64,000 bases of DNA from assembly GCA_041661275.1 (NCBI GenBank), contig JBAZUU010000001.1, forward strand, positions 35,493 to 99,492, in the 5' to 3' direction. This stretch comes from Parcubacteria group bacterium (GTDB taxonomy: Bacteria > Patescibacteriota > Minisyncoccia > Moranbacterales > UBA2206). How positions within the stretch are numbered: the stretch's first letter is position 1; every line of letters begins with the position of its first letter. Position numbers and translations under genes: made by a program. Positions 18,471 through 27,559 of this stretch are shown piece after piece. The notes beneath the pieces were generated by a model. The model was not told the origin of the DNA. It did no database searches and worked only from the letters and a program-made list of their open reading frames with translations.

Positions 18471-18693
18471 AAATAGCGCTGTTCCGTCCTTTTTTCAAAA
18501 AGAAAAAATTTATTTCTTTTTATATCCTGTTTTTCAGGACTCCGTTTGGACGCTAACATAAATTCATTTTTCTCCGTCCCTGGAACCGCGCTGAACTTCG
18601 GGTTTTTGTATGAGGAGGATTCCGCGTACGGAAATCCTGCTGGACTCAAGGTTATTCTATCATCATTTTTCTGAAATTGAAATACTTATTGCG

Positions 18694-18728
18694 ATAAAAA
18701 AACCCCCGCAATGTTTCCATTGCGGGGT
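18694..18728 (-). terminator. rho-independent terminator downstream of DGR target gene
   Basis: ccccgcaatg-tttc-cattgcgggg is a perfect 10-bp stem. It is followed by a T-run on the minus strand (A-run 18694-18702 on plus). Confidence 0.5.
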
Positions 18729-18819
18729 TGAAATCAATCCGGAATCCAGAATCCATTTTCCGCTTCGCGGAAAAATCCTTTCCATCCCGAAGCGGGACGG
18801 AAAATCTGAACCCGAAATT

Positions 18820-19845
18820 CTATAGGGCGAGGCGCAACCGGTTGACGCTGTTGGAGCTGCCGGCACCGCACGAGCCGAGGCCGAACCCGCCGCCGCACGA
18901 GCCGGCAATGCCACACGAGACACCGGGATTCGTACCTTTGTCGCGATGGTCAACGACATTTCTCAGCCAATCCCACGTTTTGGGAGCCAGATATGTTTTG
19001 TTCTTCGCGTAACGCTGGCATGCCAGAATCATTTCTTCTTCCGCTGAAACTACTCTTACTTTCCGCTCGATCGCCGAAATGTATGAGCAATCGCGAAGTT
19101 CGACGATCCGGCCATCCTTGTTGACGATGGTCTGATTGGTGGAGATGTCCTGGGCGCTGTTGGTAAAAATGAGATCCACCATACCAGGAATGACCAAAAG
19201 TGGTCGCTTCCCGATAATCAGCCGAATTATTTCCGCCACCCACGCATTTTTGAAGTCGTCACTATTAAATTCCTCCGGCTCGACAGATATACCTCTTTCA
19301 AGAAGTTCTGCGAGCGTGAGTTTCGTCCACCGGTCAGTGCCGTTCTCCGCCCAGACCCTGAAGCCTTCTTTTTTGAGCGGTTTCATAATCCGCTCGTAGA
19401 AAAACCGGGCGCCAGTCATCTGCGCTTCCGTATCGGACAAGATTAGCGGCGTAGCTTTGACTTCGGCGTAGCTGAGACAGCCCGCTTCTAGCCCGGCTTT
19501 GATGGCCGGCATCCTGTTCGGGTCAATGGAGATTTTCTTGAAATCGATACGGAAATCATCGCCGTAAAACTGGCGATAAAAAACTTCCTGCTCGGCGATC
19601 TGGCCCATCAATCCGCCTGACAGTTTCGACTCCAGCTTATTCTTCTTGAGCCAGAGCAAAAACTTTTTGAGGTTGAGGTTTTTTCTGACAGGGATGATGC
19701 CGGAATTTCTTTCTCGTTCTTCTTTTTTCAAATTGAGAAACCATTCCAGCTCCTCCAAAGACAACTCTCCTTTACGAAGCTTGGAGAGCAGGTCGATTTG
19801 CAGACCAGCCAATCTGGCCGTTTCTGCTCCGATGATCACACTCAT
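18820..19845 (-). CDS. DGR target (variable) protein, 341 aa, VR-encoded C-terminus GSCGGGFGLGSCGAGSS
   Basis: In-frame through the VR. The TR reading in the same frame has AAC/GAC codons where the VR has GGC/TGC/AGC. No obvious signal peptide. Confidence 0.7.
   Translation of the reverse strand: MSVIIGAETARLAGLQIDLLSKLRKGELSLEELEWFLNLKKEERERNSGIIPVRKNLNLKKFLLWLKKNKLESKLSGGLMGQIAEQEVFYRQFYGDDFRIDFKKISIDPNRMPAIKAGLEAGCLSYAEVKATPLILSDTEAQMTGARFFYERIMKPLKKEGFRVWAENGTDRWTKLTLAELLERGISVEPEEFNSDDFKNAWVAEIIRLIIGKRPLLVIPGMVDLIFTNSAQDISTNQTIVNKDGRIVELRDCSYISAIERKVRVVSAEEEMILACQRYAKNKTYLAPKTWDWLRNVVDHRDKGTNPGVSCGIAGSCGGGFGLGSCGAGSSNSVNRLRLAL
18825..18922 (-). repeat. DGR variable repeat (VR) at 3' end of target gene
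   Basis: Differs from TR at 14 sites, all at TR coding-strand adenines (13 A>G, 1 A>T). Encodes the Gly/Cys-rich C-terminus. Confidence 0.8.
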
Positions 19846-20129
19846 CGTTTTCTCCCTTCCTATAACTATAAATTTAAAAAGGTACTTCTTTTTCTCTCAA
19901 TTACCGGCCAATCCGGCAATTCAAGAAAGCATAGCACAAAAGCCGCCCGGAGTCAAACCTGGAGTCAAATTTGGGGCGGTAAAATGGCGTTTTTTGGCTT
20001 GAATAAGCAATAAAATTAGCTATTGCAATAAAATTGGTTCTATGCTAGTATTAATTTACAGAAAGTTCCCGGCCCAGGGTCTACAAGCACCCTACAATGG
20101 CGGGGAATTTTTTTGTGTTTATTTTTTAC

Positions 20130-20546
20130 TTATGACGGAGGAAAGCAAGACATAAAAAATTTGCGTTTGGTTTTAGAATCTTCTTTTATTTGCACAAAAA
20201 AGAGCAATCCTTCTTCGGTTAGCCCTGCAAATCTATAGAAAGTTTCTTTGGGTTTATTGGGATTATTTTTTATAAACGGTTTATTTCTTGAATTTTTAAC
20301 GAGTTCTACCGACGCGCAAAAATACTTAAGCCTCTCTAATCTGTCTTTGTACGGCTTTTGCCGCAAATGATCCCAAAAGTAGTCAAAAAATATTTTTTCT
20401 TTTTTGAAATAAGCACTACGGACATATGGCCTTCTTTTACTTTTTCTTTTTACTTCTGAAAATATATTTAAAGCGTTTCTATATACTTCCGTACGGCTGG
20501 TTCCAGGAACCTTTCTTGATTTTGTCTGATATGGAATAACCTCCAT
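20130..20546 (-). CDS. hypothetical basic protein (about 138 aa) downstream of the DGR target
   Basis: Start chosen at the internal ATG 20546 (MEVIPYQ...), directly behind promoter element B. Lys/Arg-rich. Confidence 0.45.
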   Translation of the reverse strand: MEVIPYQTKSRKVPGTSRTEVYRNALNIFSEVKRKSKRRPYVRSAYFKKEKIFFDYFWDHLRQKPYKDRLERLKYFCASVELVKNSRNKPFIKNNPNKPKETFYRFAGLTEEGLLFFVQIKEDSKTKRKFFMSCFPPS

Positions 20547-20566
20547 TGAATTATTTTTGTTTTTAT

Positions 20567-20625
20567 TATAGTGATATAATATCACTATAAATAATCCTTG
20601 TCCACCCCTACTCCACAATTATCAT
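20567..20625 (-). promoter_or_regulatory. promoter/operator element B: palindrome identical to A (23/23), with TGGACA-17-TGaTATTAT on the minus strand
   Basis: tatagtgatataatatcactata at 20567-20589. TGGACA lies 17 nt upstream on the minus strand. A degenerate box follows (ctccacaattatc). Confidence 0.55.
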
Positions 20626-21807
20626 CGCCTTCCGGCCTTCGGTGATCTTGTCGCGATTTCCCGGGAAATCGTGGATGGCGTTATAAAGAGTGTTGATGTT
20701 ATAGCGATAGCCGGCTCCTTTCCTGGTGCCGGAATCATTGGTGATTATCGTATCACCGTCATAACCGATCAAGACCACGGCATGGTACGGCGGACCGGGA
20801 TATTTGAAATTAGGATTGCCCAGCATCTGCCCTGCCGCCGGAATGATGATCGGTTTTCCCCGCGCCAGATATTTTTTCAAATCTTCTTTTTTGAAATCAT
20901 AAACGACTTTCATATTATTTATTCCATAAAAATCACGTGCCAGAGTCACGATTTCCTGAGCGCTGCTATCGATATAATTGTCATATTTTGTTATCTCGAA
21001 CTTTATCATTTTTTGGATTTCATTTTCAGCCGTGTTTGGATCCAGCGGCTTTCCATCCAAAAAATATTTCACCATAATAAGAGCTGTTTCCTCACAAGCT
21101 TCTTCATGAAATTGATCCCATTGGGCGAATGGTGCTTGCGGAGTAAAAGGAACCTTAATCAGCACTCTTTCGGGAATAGGCGCATTGGTATTGGCATTAA
21201 TATTGGCATTATTATCATTACTGCTTTGACTACCGGTAACACCAACATTTTTATTTTCATTATTGCTGGTAACAATATTATTCTGATTTTGAGAAGAATC
21301 AACCGGACTGGAAAAAACAACCGTATTTTTGGCAATATTATTTCCTTCTTCGATCATCTGGAAAGTAAGACCGGAAATAGCCAGAGCGATGATTGCGACA
21401 ATAAAAATCGTATGCTTTTTCAACTGTCCTGTTATTTTCGTCACAATTATCTGCGTAGCCAGAAGCGCGCTCAAAAAATCAAAAACTACATCAATGAAAC
21501 GTCCGGATCGGCCGGGAATAAAAGTTTGGTGAAACTCATCGCTAGTGGCATAAAAGAGTACTGCTGCTAGAGTCAAAACAAGCGCGTCACGCATAACAAG
21601 ATTCCAGGAATAATAGAAAATACGCCAAACGAGCCAAAGAAGAATGGCATATTCCGCCAGGTGTCCCGCTTTTCGCGCCACTACTTCCAGTGTCACGTTA
21701 GACGATCCCATATTAAGATCAGGAATGGAAGAAAGATAAAAGATCAAAACCATCCAAGTAAAAGCCGGGAGATAATATTTGAAAAAGTTTATAATTTTTG
21801 AATTCAT
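20608..21807 (-). CDS. VanZ-like membrane domain fused to C39-like papain-fold peptidase domain protein
   Basis: N-terminal VanZ motifs (ARKAGHLAEYAILLWLVWR, DEFHQTFIPGRSGRFIDVVFD). The C-terminal half has a C39-like fold (..HAVVLIGYDGDTIITNDSG). Confidence 0.55.
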   Translation of the reverse strand: MNSKIINFFKYYLPAFTWMVLIFYLSSIPDLNMGSSNVTLEVVARKAGHLAEYAILLWLVWRIFYYSWNLVMRDALVLTLAAVLFYATSDEFHQTFIPGRSGRFIDVVFDFLSALLATQIIVTKITGQLKKHTIFIVAIIALAISGLTFQMIEEGNNIAKNTVVFSSPVDSSQNQNNIVTSNNENKNVGVTGSQSSNDNNANINANTNAPIPERVLIKVPFTPQAPFAQWDQFHEEACEETALIMVKYFLDGKPLDPNTAENEIQKMIKFEITKYDNYIDSSAQEIVTLARDFYGINNMKVVYDFKKEDLKKYLARGKPIIIPAAGQMLGNPNFKYPGPPYHAVVLIGYDGDTIITNDSGTRKGAGYRYNINTLYNAIHDFPGNRDKITEGRKAMIIVE

Positions 21808-21810
21808 CGG

Positions 21811-22974
21811 TTAATATATAATGACTGGCGTACCAACATCTGTCCATTCAAAGGCTTGCTTGGCCGGGCCGACTCCCAGTCGGATACAGCCGTGTGACAC
21901 CGGGATACCCAAATGATTAGCGCCCTCTTTATATCCCCCCGGCCATTCCGGAAGTTCATGGATACCGAAACTGCCGTCGCTAGCCACCGCCATCCAATAC
22001 GGCATGTAGAGTCCGTATCTTTTCGACCACACTCTTGGCGCTTTGTTATGAATAGTAAATTCGCCCTTTGTCGTTTCCATCCCTCTTTTGCCGGAAGAGA
22101 TCATGCTGGACATGACTATTTTTCCATTTTCAAAAAGAGAAAGAACCTGGGCTTCCAGATTGACGTCGATATATTTTCCTTCTTCGATCTTGGCCTTGGT
22201 GAAACGTTTGGCCTGCTCAAGTCTCGCCGTGAAATCCTTTTCCCATGATAGGGGTTCCGGCGGCAAAGTAGAAAAAGAACTTCGGAAAATTTCCCGATAA
22301 TTATCGTCTGTGTCTTTGGAAAATTTAGCATAGATGACCAATTTGTATTCCTGCCCTTCCTTTATTTTTTCCTGAGGAAGAATTTTGAACTGCGTCTTAT
22401 CTTCGTTGTTTTTGTAGGACATCGGGCTATCGGGAGTCAGGGAAAATTTCAGAAAAAATCCTTCAGTCGACTGATCGAAATTGACAACTATAGGATCTTC
22501 GATATCTAACGCAACGTCTTTGGCGCTGTCCTCCGGAATTATTTTTGTAACCCGAGGAAACTTGATAGTGGAAAAAGTTATATCCTGCGCGTCAATTCCC
22601 GCCAGCATGGCATTTTTTCCATCTGGAAGCGACAGTGTATATTGGGTTTCTGGCCGCCAAAAGTTCTTTGGCATGATGATCAGTTTCTTTCCGGAATTTT
22701 CCCAGGTGTATTCCATTTCGGTTTCCGGCAGCACTTTTATTCCAGTGCTATAATTTTGCGTCATGACCGGTTGGGAAAAATTGATAACGATGGGATCTAA
22801 CGGCTTCACATTTTCCCTATTTTCCATCGCGATTTCCGTTTTGAAAACCTGCGGGTAAGCTTCGATACTGTAGGCTGATCCGAATACTCCGGCAGCCATT
22901 ATAGACAGCACAAAAACAAAAACTTTCCAGCTGGTTATGTGATGGGTGCCGACATGTTTTTTTATCCTGTCCAT
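21811..22974 (-). CDS. L,D-transpeptidase (YkuD domain) with N-terminal Ig-like repeats
   Basis: C-terminal SHGCIRLG catalytic motif. N-terminal signal/TM. Confidence 0.8.
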   Translation of the reverse strand: MDRIKKHVGTHHITSWKVFVFVLSIMAAGVFGSAYSIEAYPQVFKTEIAMENRENVKPLDPIVINFSQPVMTQNYSTGIKVLPETEMEYTWENSGKKLIIMPKNFWRPETQYTLSLPDGKNAMLAGIDAQDITFSTIKFPRVTKIIPEDSAKDVALDIEDPIVVNFDQSTEGFFLKFSLTPDSPMSYKNNEDKTQFKILPQEKIKEGQEYKLVIYAKFSKDTDDNYREIFRSSFSTLPPEPLSWEKDFTARLEQAKRFTKAKIEEGKYIDVNLEAQVLSLFENGKIVMSSMISSGKRGMETTKGEFTIHNKAPRVWSKRYGLYMPYWMAVASDGSFGIHELPEWPGGYKEGANHLGIPVSHGCIRLGVGPAKQAFEWTDVGTPVIIY

Positions 22975-22978
22975 ATAT

Positions 22979-23998
22979 TTATTTTACCACAGATTTTCCA
23001 TTAAATAATTCCCGCGCGCTGTTCCACAGCTCCGGATGATCTTTTTCCACTTTCAGCCAATACCACCATTCCACGCCCCATAAATACATTTCAGGAAATC
23101 CGACACGCCTCGCGAACGATACATTATCTACTAATTTTTCTTTGTTCATTGATTTAAACTGTTCGTCCAGTGGACATTCAGTCGTGTAGCCGGAAATCCA
23201 TGGTTCAGCTTGAAGCTCGATAACAATAGCCCTATCTTGATTGGCAAAAGTTTTAATCAGCCAATGCTTAAACCAGAAAAATCGGGGTCCTATTGGATAA
23301 TCAAAATATCCCAATCCTTTTTTATATATCGTCCGATACATGGTCGTTCCAAAAATATCGGCGCGTTTGGCCGCCTGTATCCAGAGGCTCAATTCCCCAC
23401 TGTCAGTAACAATTACCGGGCGAGACGGATCCTTAGCTTTGACCAGCGCTATTTCGCTATCAAGAAGATTAGTGTCGAGCGCGGGACAAATGCCAAAGGA
23501 CAAAAATGGCTCATTTTCTACCTGCCAGGCTTCAATATTGCTATAACTTTTCAAATTATCTATTGCTTTATCAATAAATTTAAGAAGGCTTCCTTTTCTT
23601 TTTTGATCATCATTTTTCGCCCATTCCGGGATGGCGCATTCCGGCCAACGCGGCACTTTCTGTCCGACTACCAAAATTACATCGGCATTCCTCTTTTTTG
23701 CCTCATCCAACTGCCAGGCGATATCGGAAAAATCATATTGGCCTTCCTGTTTTTCCACTAGATCCCAATAGATGGGAATCCTCACTTTTTTTACGCCAAG
23801 GTCATCAAGCATGGCGATATACGCCTCCTTCCAGTTGAGCATGATATCCCCGGCATAACGGGAAGAGAAAGTTACTCCCAGCTTGGCATCCGCATTTTCT
23901 TTGGCGACAGGAATATTGAAATAAATTAGAAGTATAATTGCCAAACCCAAAATTATGCCCAGCGTCCAGAGTATGAATTTTAATATTTTTTTTATCAT
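22979..23998 (-). CDS. membrane-anchored glycoside hydrolase (clan GH-A TIM-barrel, NEP motif)
   Basis: WQVENEP acid/base motif. N-terminal TM helix. Length 339 aa. Confidence 0.5.
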   Translation of the reverse strand: MIKKILKFILWTLGIILGLAIILLIYFNIPVAKENADAKLGVTFSSRYAGDIMLNWKEAYIAMLDDLGVKKVRIPIYWDLVEKQEGQYDFSDIAWQLDEAKKRNADVILVVGQKVPRWPECAIPEWAKNDDQKRKGSLLKFIDKAIDNLKSYSNIEAWQVENEPFLSFGICPALDTNLLDSEIALVKAKDPSRPVIVTDSGELSLWIQAAKRADIFGTTMYRTIYKKGLGYFDYPIGPRFFWFKHWLIKTFANQDRAIVIELQAEPWISGYTTECPLDEQFKSMNKEKLVDNVSFARRVGFPEMYLWGVEWWYWLKVEKDHPELWNSARELFNGKSVVK

Positions 23999-24001
23999 TT
24001 A

Positions 24002-24928
24002 TTATCTTTTGGAAACTAAAAATACTCCTATGGCAATAATCAAAATGGCTGATATTTTTTGAATCGTGCTTCTGGCATCTCTTTTTTCTTCAAAAAATCC
24101 GGGAAACCACAAGGAAAATAGCACTCCCAGAATGAAAACAAACACATATTCTATAGCCACTATGGCATTGACAATTGTCACACTGGCCAGAATTAGTGAT
24201 GTCGCGTATTCCTTAAGAATAGAGCCACCGCCACCGATAGCTCTAGCCATAACAAATAATAATCCTGATTTTTTGTGCTCCCTTTCCGGTTCTTTGAATT
24301 TAAAAACGGATGCTAAAATTACTTTCCGCCACCTCGGAACAAAAAGAAGGGTAAGAACACCAAAAAATGACCCGACCACTCTCCAGACATAAACGTTGAT
24401 AAAATTATCGTGGCTATAGAATCCTTTGAGCGTAACGGCGGAGATAGCCAAAAGCGTTCCGGCCAGGATAGACCAATAAAAACCATCAAACAATTTAATT
24501 TTTTTGACGCTTGTCAGGTCATATGATATCCAAAGCCCGCCGATAACGAGAAAAAATATTCCTGTTATCTGACCCGGTTTTAGATGCTCGTTGAGAAATA
24601 TGGCGGCTAAAAAAAGCGCCAAGATCGGCACGACGACTCCGACGACCGGAACAACCCGACTGGCTTCGCTTTTGGCGATAGCGGAAAAAAGAGAAAACAT
24701 CCCATAAATAAAAATTACTCCGGCTACGAAGCGAAGAAAGGCATCCGAATAACTCAAAGCATGGACGCCAAAAGGAATAAAAAACAAAGCAAAAAGCCCC
24801 AGCGCTCCGGCATAAAAAGTGTATATGGCCGGATGGGAAACGCGCCTGCTCGAAAGTAAAAATTTATCCAAAACCACTTCCAGCGCCAGCAAAAAATATG
24901 CAACTGTTGAAATGGCCAACCAATTCAT
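24002..24928 (-). CDS. polytopic membrane protein (EamA/DMT-like transporter?)
   Basis: 308 aa with about 10 hydrophobic segments. Confidence 0.4.
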   Translation of the reverse strand: MNWLAISTVAYFLLALEVVLDKFLLSSRRVSHPAIYTFYAGALGLFALFFIPFGVHALSYSDAFLRFVAGVIFIYGMFSLFSAIAKSEASRVVPVVGVVVPILALFLAAIFLNEHLKPGQITGIFFLVIGGLWISYDLTSVKKIKLFDGFYWSILAGTLLAISAVTLKGFYSHDNFINVYVWRVVGSFFGVLTLLFVPRWRKVILASVFKFKEPEREHKKSGLLFVMARAIGGGGSILKEYATSLILASVTIVNAIVAIEYVFVFILGVLFSLWFPGFFEEKRDARSTIQKISAILIIAIGVFLVSKR

Positions 24929-25282
24929 GACTTTTGGGTTTTTATATTTATATTCTACCTATATTCTACAATGAAAAGTAAAAGCCCGCCACGATGTGAG
25001 CAGGCTTTTAGCAGACCCTTCCTTTTAAAGATCTACTTTTGTTATTTAGCGACGCCATTGCCATTCCTGCTGGCATCCCCAATCATTCGTATATAAATAA
25101 AACCATTACTTTCTGGATGGGTGCCAATCCTAATTCTTCTCTTTCTCATTTTTGCGACTTCCTTACAATTTCGAGGAAATACAAAACCCAGTTCATTTCT
25201 GACAACCGCCTCGGTAATTTCAACATAATTCATAACCCATCTCCTTGAAGAAAAGTTCAGAGCAAATACCGATAAAGAACAA

Positions 25283-25315
25283 ATAAAAATCCACCCTTCG
25301 GGGGTGGTTCTTTTT
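25283..25315. terminator. bidirectional hairpin terminator
   Basis: ccaccc-ttcgg-gggtgg flanked by A-run and T-run. Confidence 0.45.
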
Positions 25316-25456
25316 CTTTCCTCTATCCTTATGGATTAGCGAGTCGATTCAAAAACCACCGCCGTATGAGCGCTGGATGACCCGCCTCCGCAAACGATTT
25401 GGTTTTTAGCTCGTAGTTCCATAGTGATAATAATATAACGGATGGAAGAAAAAATG

Positions 25457-25705
25457 TCAAGCTCGGTTTTTTATTATCTTCATCTTTTCATATCTCGTCA
25501 AATTCTTTATCCGATATTCTTCTTTTAGGGCCTTTGATCTGGTCTTGATTTTTTTGGAGTATACTAACTTCACCGGCCTTCGGCCTCGGGTATATTTCGC
25601 GCCCAACTTTCCGCTGTTATGCCCGTTTATTCTTTTCTTGAGATCGACCGCGATTCCGGTATAAAAAGTTTTGTCTGAACATTGAAGAATATACAGATGA
25701 TACAT
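25457..25705 (-). CDS. GIY-YIG nuclease family protein (YhbQ/UPF0213-like)
   Basis: YILQCSDKTFYTGIAVDLKKRINGHNSG is the GIY-YIG signature. Length 82 aa. Confidence 0.75.
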   Translation of the reverse strand: MYHLYILQCSDKTFYTGIAVDLKKRINGHNSGKLGAKYTRGRRPVKLVYSKKIKTRSKALKEEYRIKNLTRYEKMKIIKNRA

Positions 25706-25743
25706 TAATATCTGTTTAAATATTTAACAGTATAGCTACCTTC

Positions 25744-25911
25744 TTTAGCGTTGCGCCATGGCGCTGACGGCGAGACCGATGTAATACGGCCAGAGAACAA
25801 TCGCCAGCACACCTTGCCAGAAGGCCAGATGCAAGAATCCGATGGTGAACAGCCACCCGGCGAACCAGGAGAAGGCCGTAAAACCATGTTGTTCTACTTT
25901 TATCTTTTGCA
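25744..25911 (-). CDS. GC-rich small membrane protein ORF (55 aa), hypothetical
   Basis: Manual translation MQKIKVEQHGFTAFSWFAGWLFTIGFLHLAFWQGVLAIVLWPYYIGLAVSAMAQR. Local GC is far above the genome background. Confidence 0.3.
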
Positions 25912-26062
25912 TACCCGGTAGTAGAATTTTGACTTTAATTTAGTTAAAATCAAACTCTAAAAATAGGTTTATTAATTAATCTATCTTTTACTCAATAGTA
26001 ATCCGTTGGCCGAAGGCCAGTCAAAATTTCACTACCGGGCATATATTTAAAAATTACGATTG

Positions 26063-26788
26063 TTATTTCGCCATCGCCTTGGCTTTCAAATTTTTTGGCA
26101 TTTTCTCGATGGCATAGCGAAGGGCTGTCCGCGGCATTTTCTTTTTGTTCTTCATGACATAGTCAAAAACTTCCTTTTCGTGCGCCTGGCTCGCCACTTT
26201 CAACATCCATCCGTAACCTTTTTGTACCATATCATCCGGATCTAGCAATAGTATATCAGAAATTTGAAAAATATCTGGCAAAAATTTTCCACGCTTTCCA
26301 GGAACGATGAGGGAGACGGCCGAGGCGCGGCGCATCCAACGATTTTTTGACTGCGCCCATTTTTTCAGACTTTTTACATACTCCGGATATCGAACCAAAA
26401 ATTCGCCGACCGTATGGTTGCAAAAAGTATCACACGCCGCCCAATTGCTGACATAAATTTCTATCCAGCTTTCAAACACTTTAAAATCTTTCGGCTCGTA
26501 ATATTTTCTGACATAATATGACCAGTTACAAGCGATGAAAGCTTCTTCCATATAGCCGGACTTCCACAACTCTTCGCACAAGCCAAAAATTTCTTTTTTA
26601 TTCTGACTTTTAATTTCCTTGAAATTTTCTCTCCCGATCATACTGACGGTTGCCGTCTTCACACCATAAAGCTTGATCTTTTCTTTGAAAAACCTTTCGC
26701 CGCTTTTCCTCACTTTCTCATCGGCATTCTTTTTCAGCTCGCGCCGTATTTTTTGGACAATTTCACTCATTTGTCTATTAAACTTCAA
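26063..26788 (-). CDS. DNA alkylation repair enzyme (AlkC/AlkD-like HEAT-repeat glycosylase family)
   Basis: 241 aa. Conserved W/Y-rich helical repeats (WSYYVRKYY, VSNWAACDTFC, WMRRASAVSL) resemble the PF08713 family. Confidence 0.7.
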   Translation of the reverse strand: MKFNRQMSEIVQKIRRELKKNADEKVRKSGERFFKEKIKLYGVKTATVSMIGRENFKEIKSQNKKEIFGLCEELWKSGYMEEAFIACNWSYYVRKYYEPKDFKVFESWIEIYVSNWAACDTFCNHTVGEFLVRYPEYVKSLKKWAQSKNRWMRRASAVSLIVPGKRGKFLPDIFQISDILLLDPDDMVQKGYGWMLKVASQAHEKEVFDYVMKNKKKMPRTALRYAIEKMPKNLKAKAMAK

Positions 26789-27446
26789 AAGTCATTCTCT
26801 TATACACCTCCCGCGTGCATTCTACATCCCGCTTACAATATTCGCAGATATCTTTCGTTTTTCCGGCTTTATAGAAAGAATATACCTGTGAACCGTCAAT
26901 TCCGTCTTTGGGTGTCGGAATCCCCAAGGCCAGGGCGACATGTTCGAGACCAATATTGCTGTTGGCCCATTTGACCCATTCTTTCATCGTATCGTATATC
27001 GGATAGTTTCTATAACGGGTGAAAGGAAGTTCATAGGCCGGCTTGACTTTATTGATAATAGAACGCTGGTAGATGAACCGCAGATCAAAATCCATGACAT
27101 TGTGCCCGATGAACTGTACGCCATAATCCGGCTGATAAGAATTATGGTTTGGAGAAACACTAATAGACTCAACAATGTCCCAGAATTTTTCGATCATCCT
27201 GGCTTCATCAACGCTCCCGTCCAAAACTTCCACTGGCTCATCATCGATAGCATAAGCGATGCAAAGAATCCGTCCGAACGACCCATCAAAAGAAGTTCCT
27301 AAAAGATACTGCTCAAAATCAGTATGGTCGTCACAATTTTCTTTCTTATTCTTCTTGGCTTTTTTTTTCTCAAACAAAAATTTCAGCGCCTCGTGCTGCT
27401 CATCTCCCGCCGGCAAAGTCTCGATGTCCAGGTACAATCTTCGCAT
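26778..27446 (-). CDS. DEDD-type 3'-5' exonuclease (PolB-exo-like, PF10108-like)
   Basis: Exo I YLDIETLP, Exo II GHNVMDFDLRFI, Exo III YCKRDVECTREVY. Confidence 0.7.
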   Translation of the reverse strand: MRRLYLDIETLPAGDEQHEALKFLFEKKKAKKNKKENCDDHTDFEQYLLGTSFDGSFGRILCIAYAIDDEPVEVLDGSVDEARMIEKFWDIVESISVSPNHNSYQPDYGVQFIGHNVMDFDLRFIYQRSIINKVKPAYELPFTRYRNYPIYDTMKEWVKWANSNIGLEHVALALGIPTPKDGIDGSQVYSFYKAGKTKDICEYCKRDVECTREVYKRMTFEV

Positions 27447-27559
27447 AATTTTTTGTTACAATAGTTAATCTGTTTCAATTATATCAGTCCCTAAAAACAA
27501 AAACCAGCCCACGAGGACTGGAAAACTCGCCAGTTTTTTTAATTTCTGTAATATCTAAT

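Noticed and set aside
18347-18959. GC-rich ORFs overlapping the TR and VR (18347..18649 -, 18663..18959 -, 18734..18916 -, 18728..19012 +)
   Set aside because: They are artefacts of the stop-poor GC-rich repeat DNA. The TR copy lies outside any supported gene, and the VR is already the 3' end of the 341-aa target ORF.
20671-21570. 299-aa plus-strand ORF antisense to the VanZ/C39 gene (plus other long antisense ORFs such as 23210..23761 +, 51769..52605 + and 46186..46638 +)
   Set aside because: They lie opposite well-supported genes. They have low-complexity composition, no RBS or promoter context, and no recognisable motifs.
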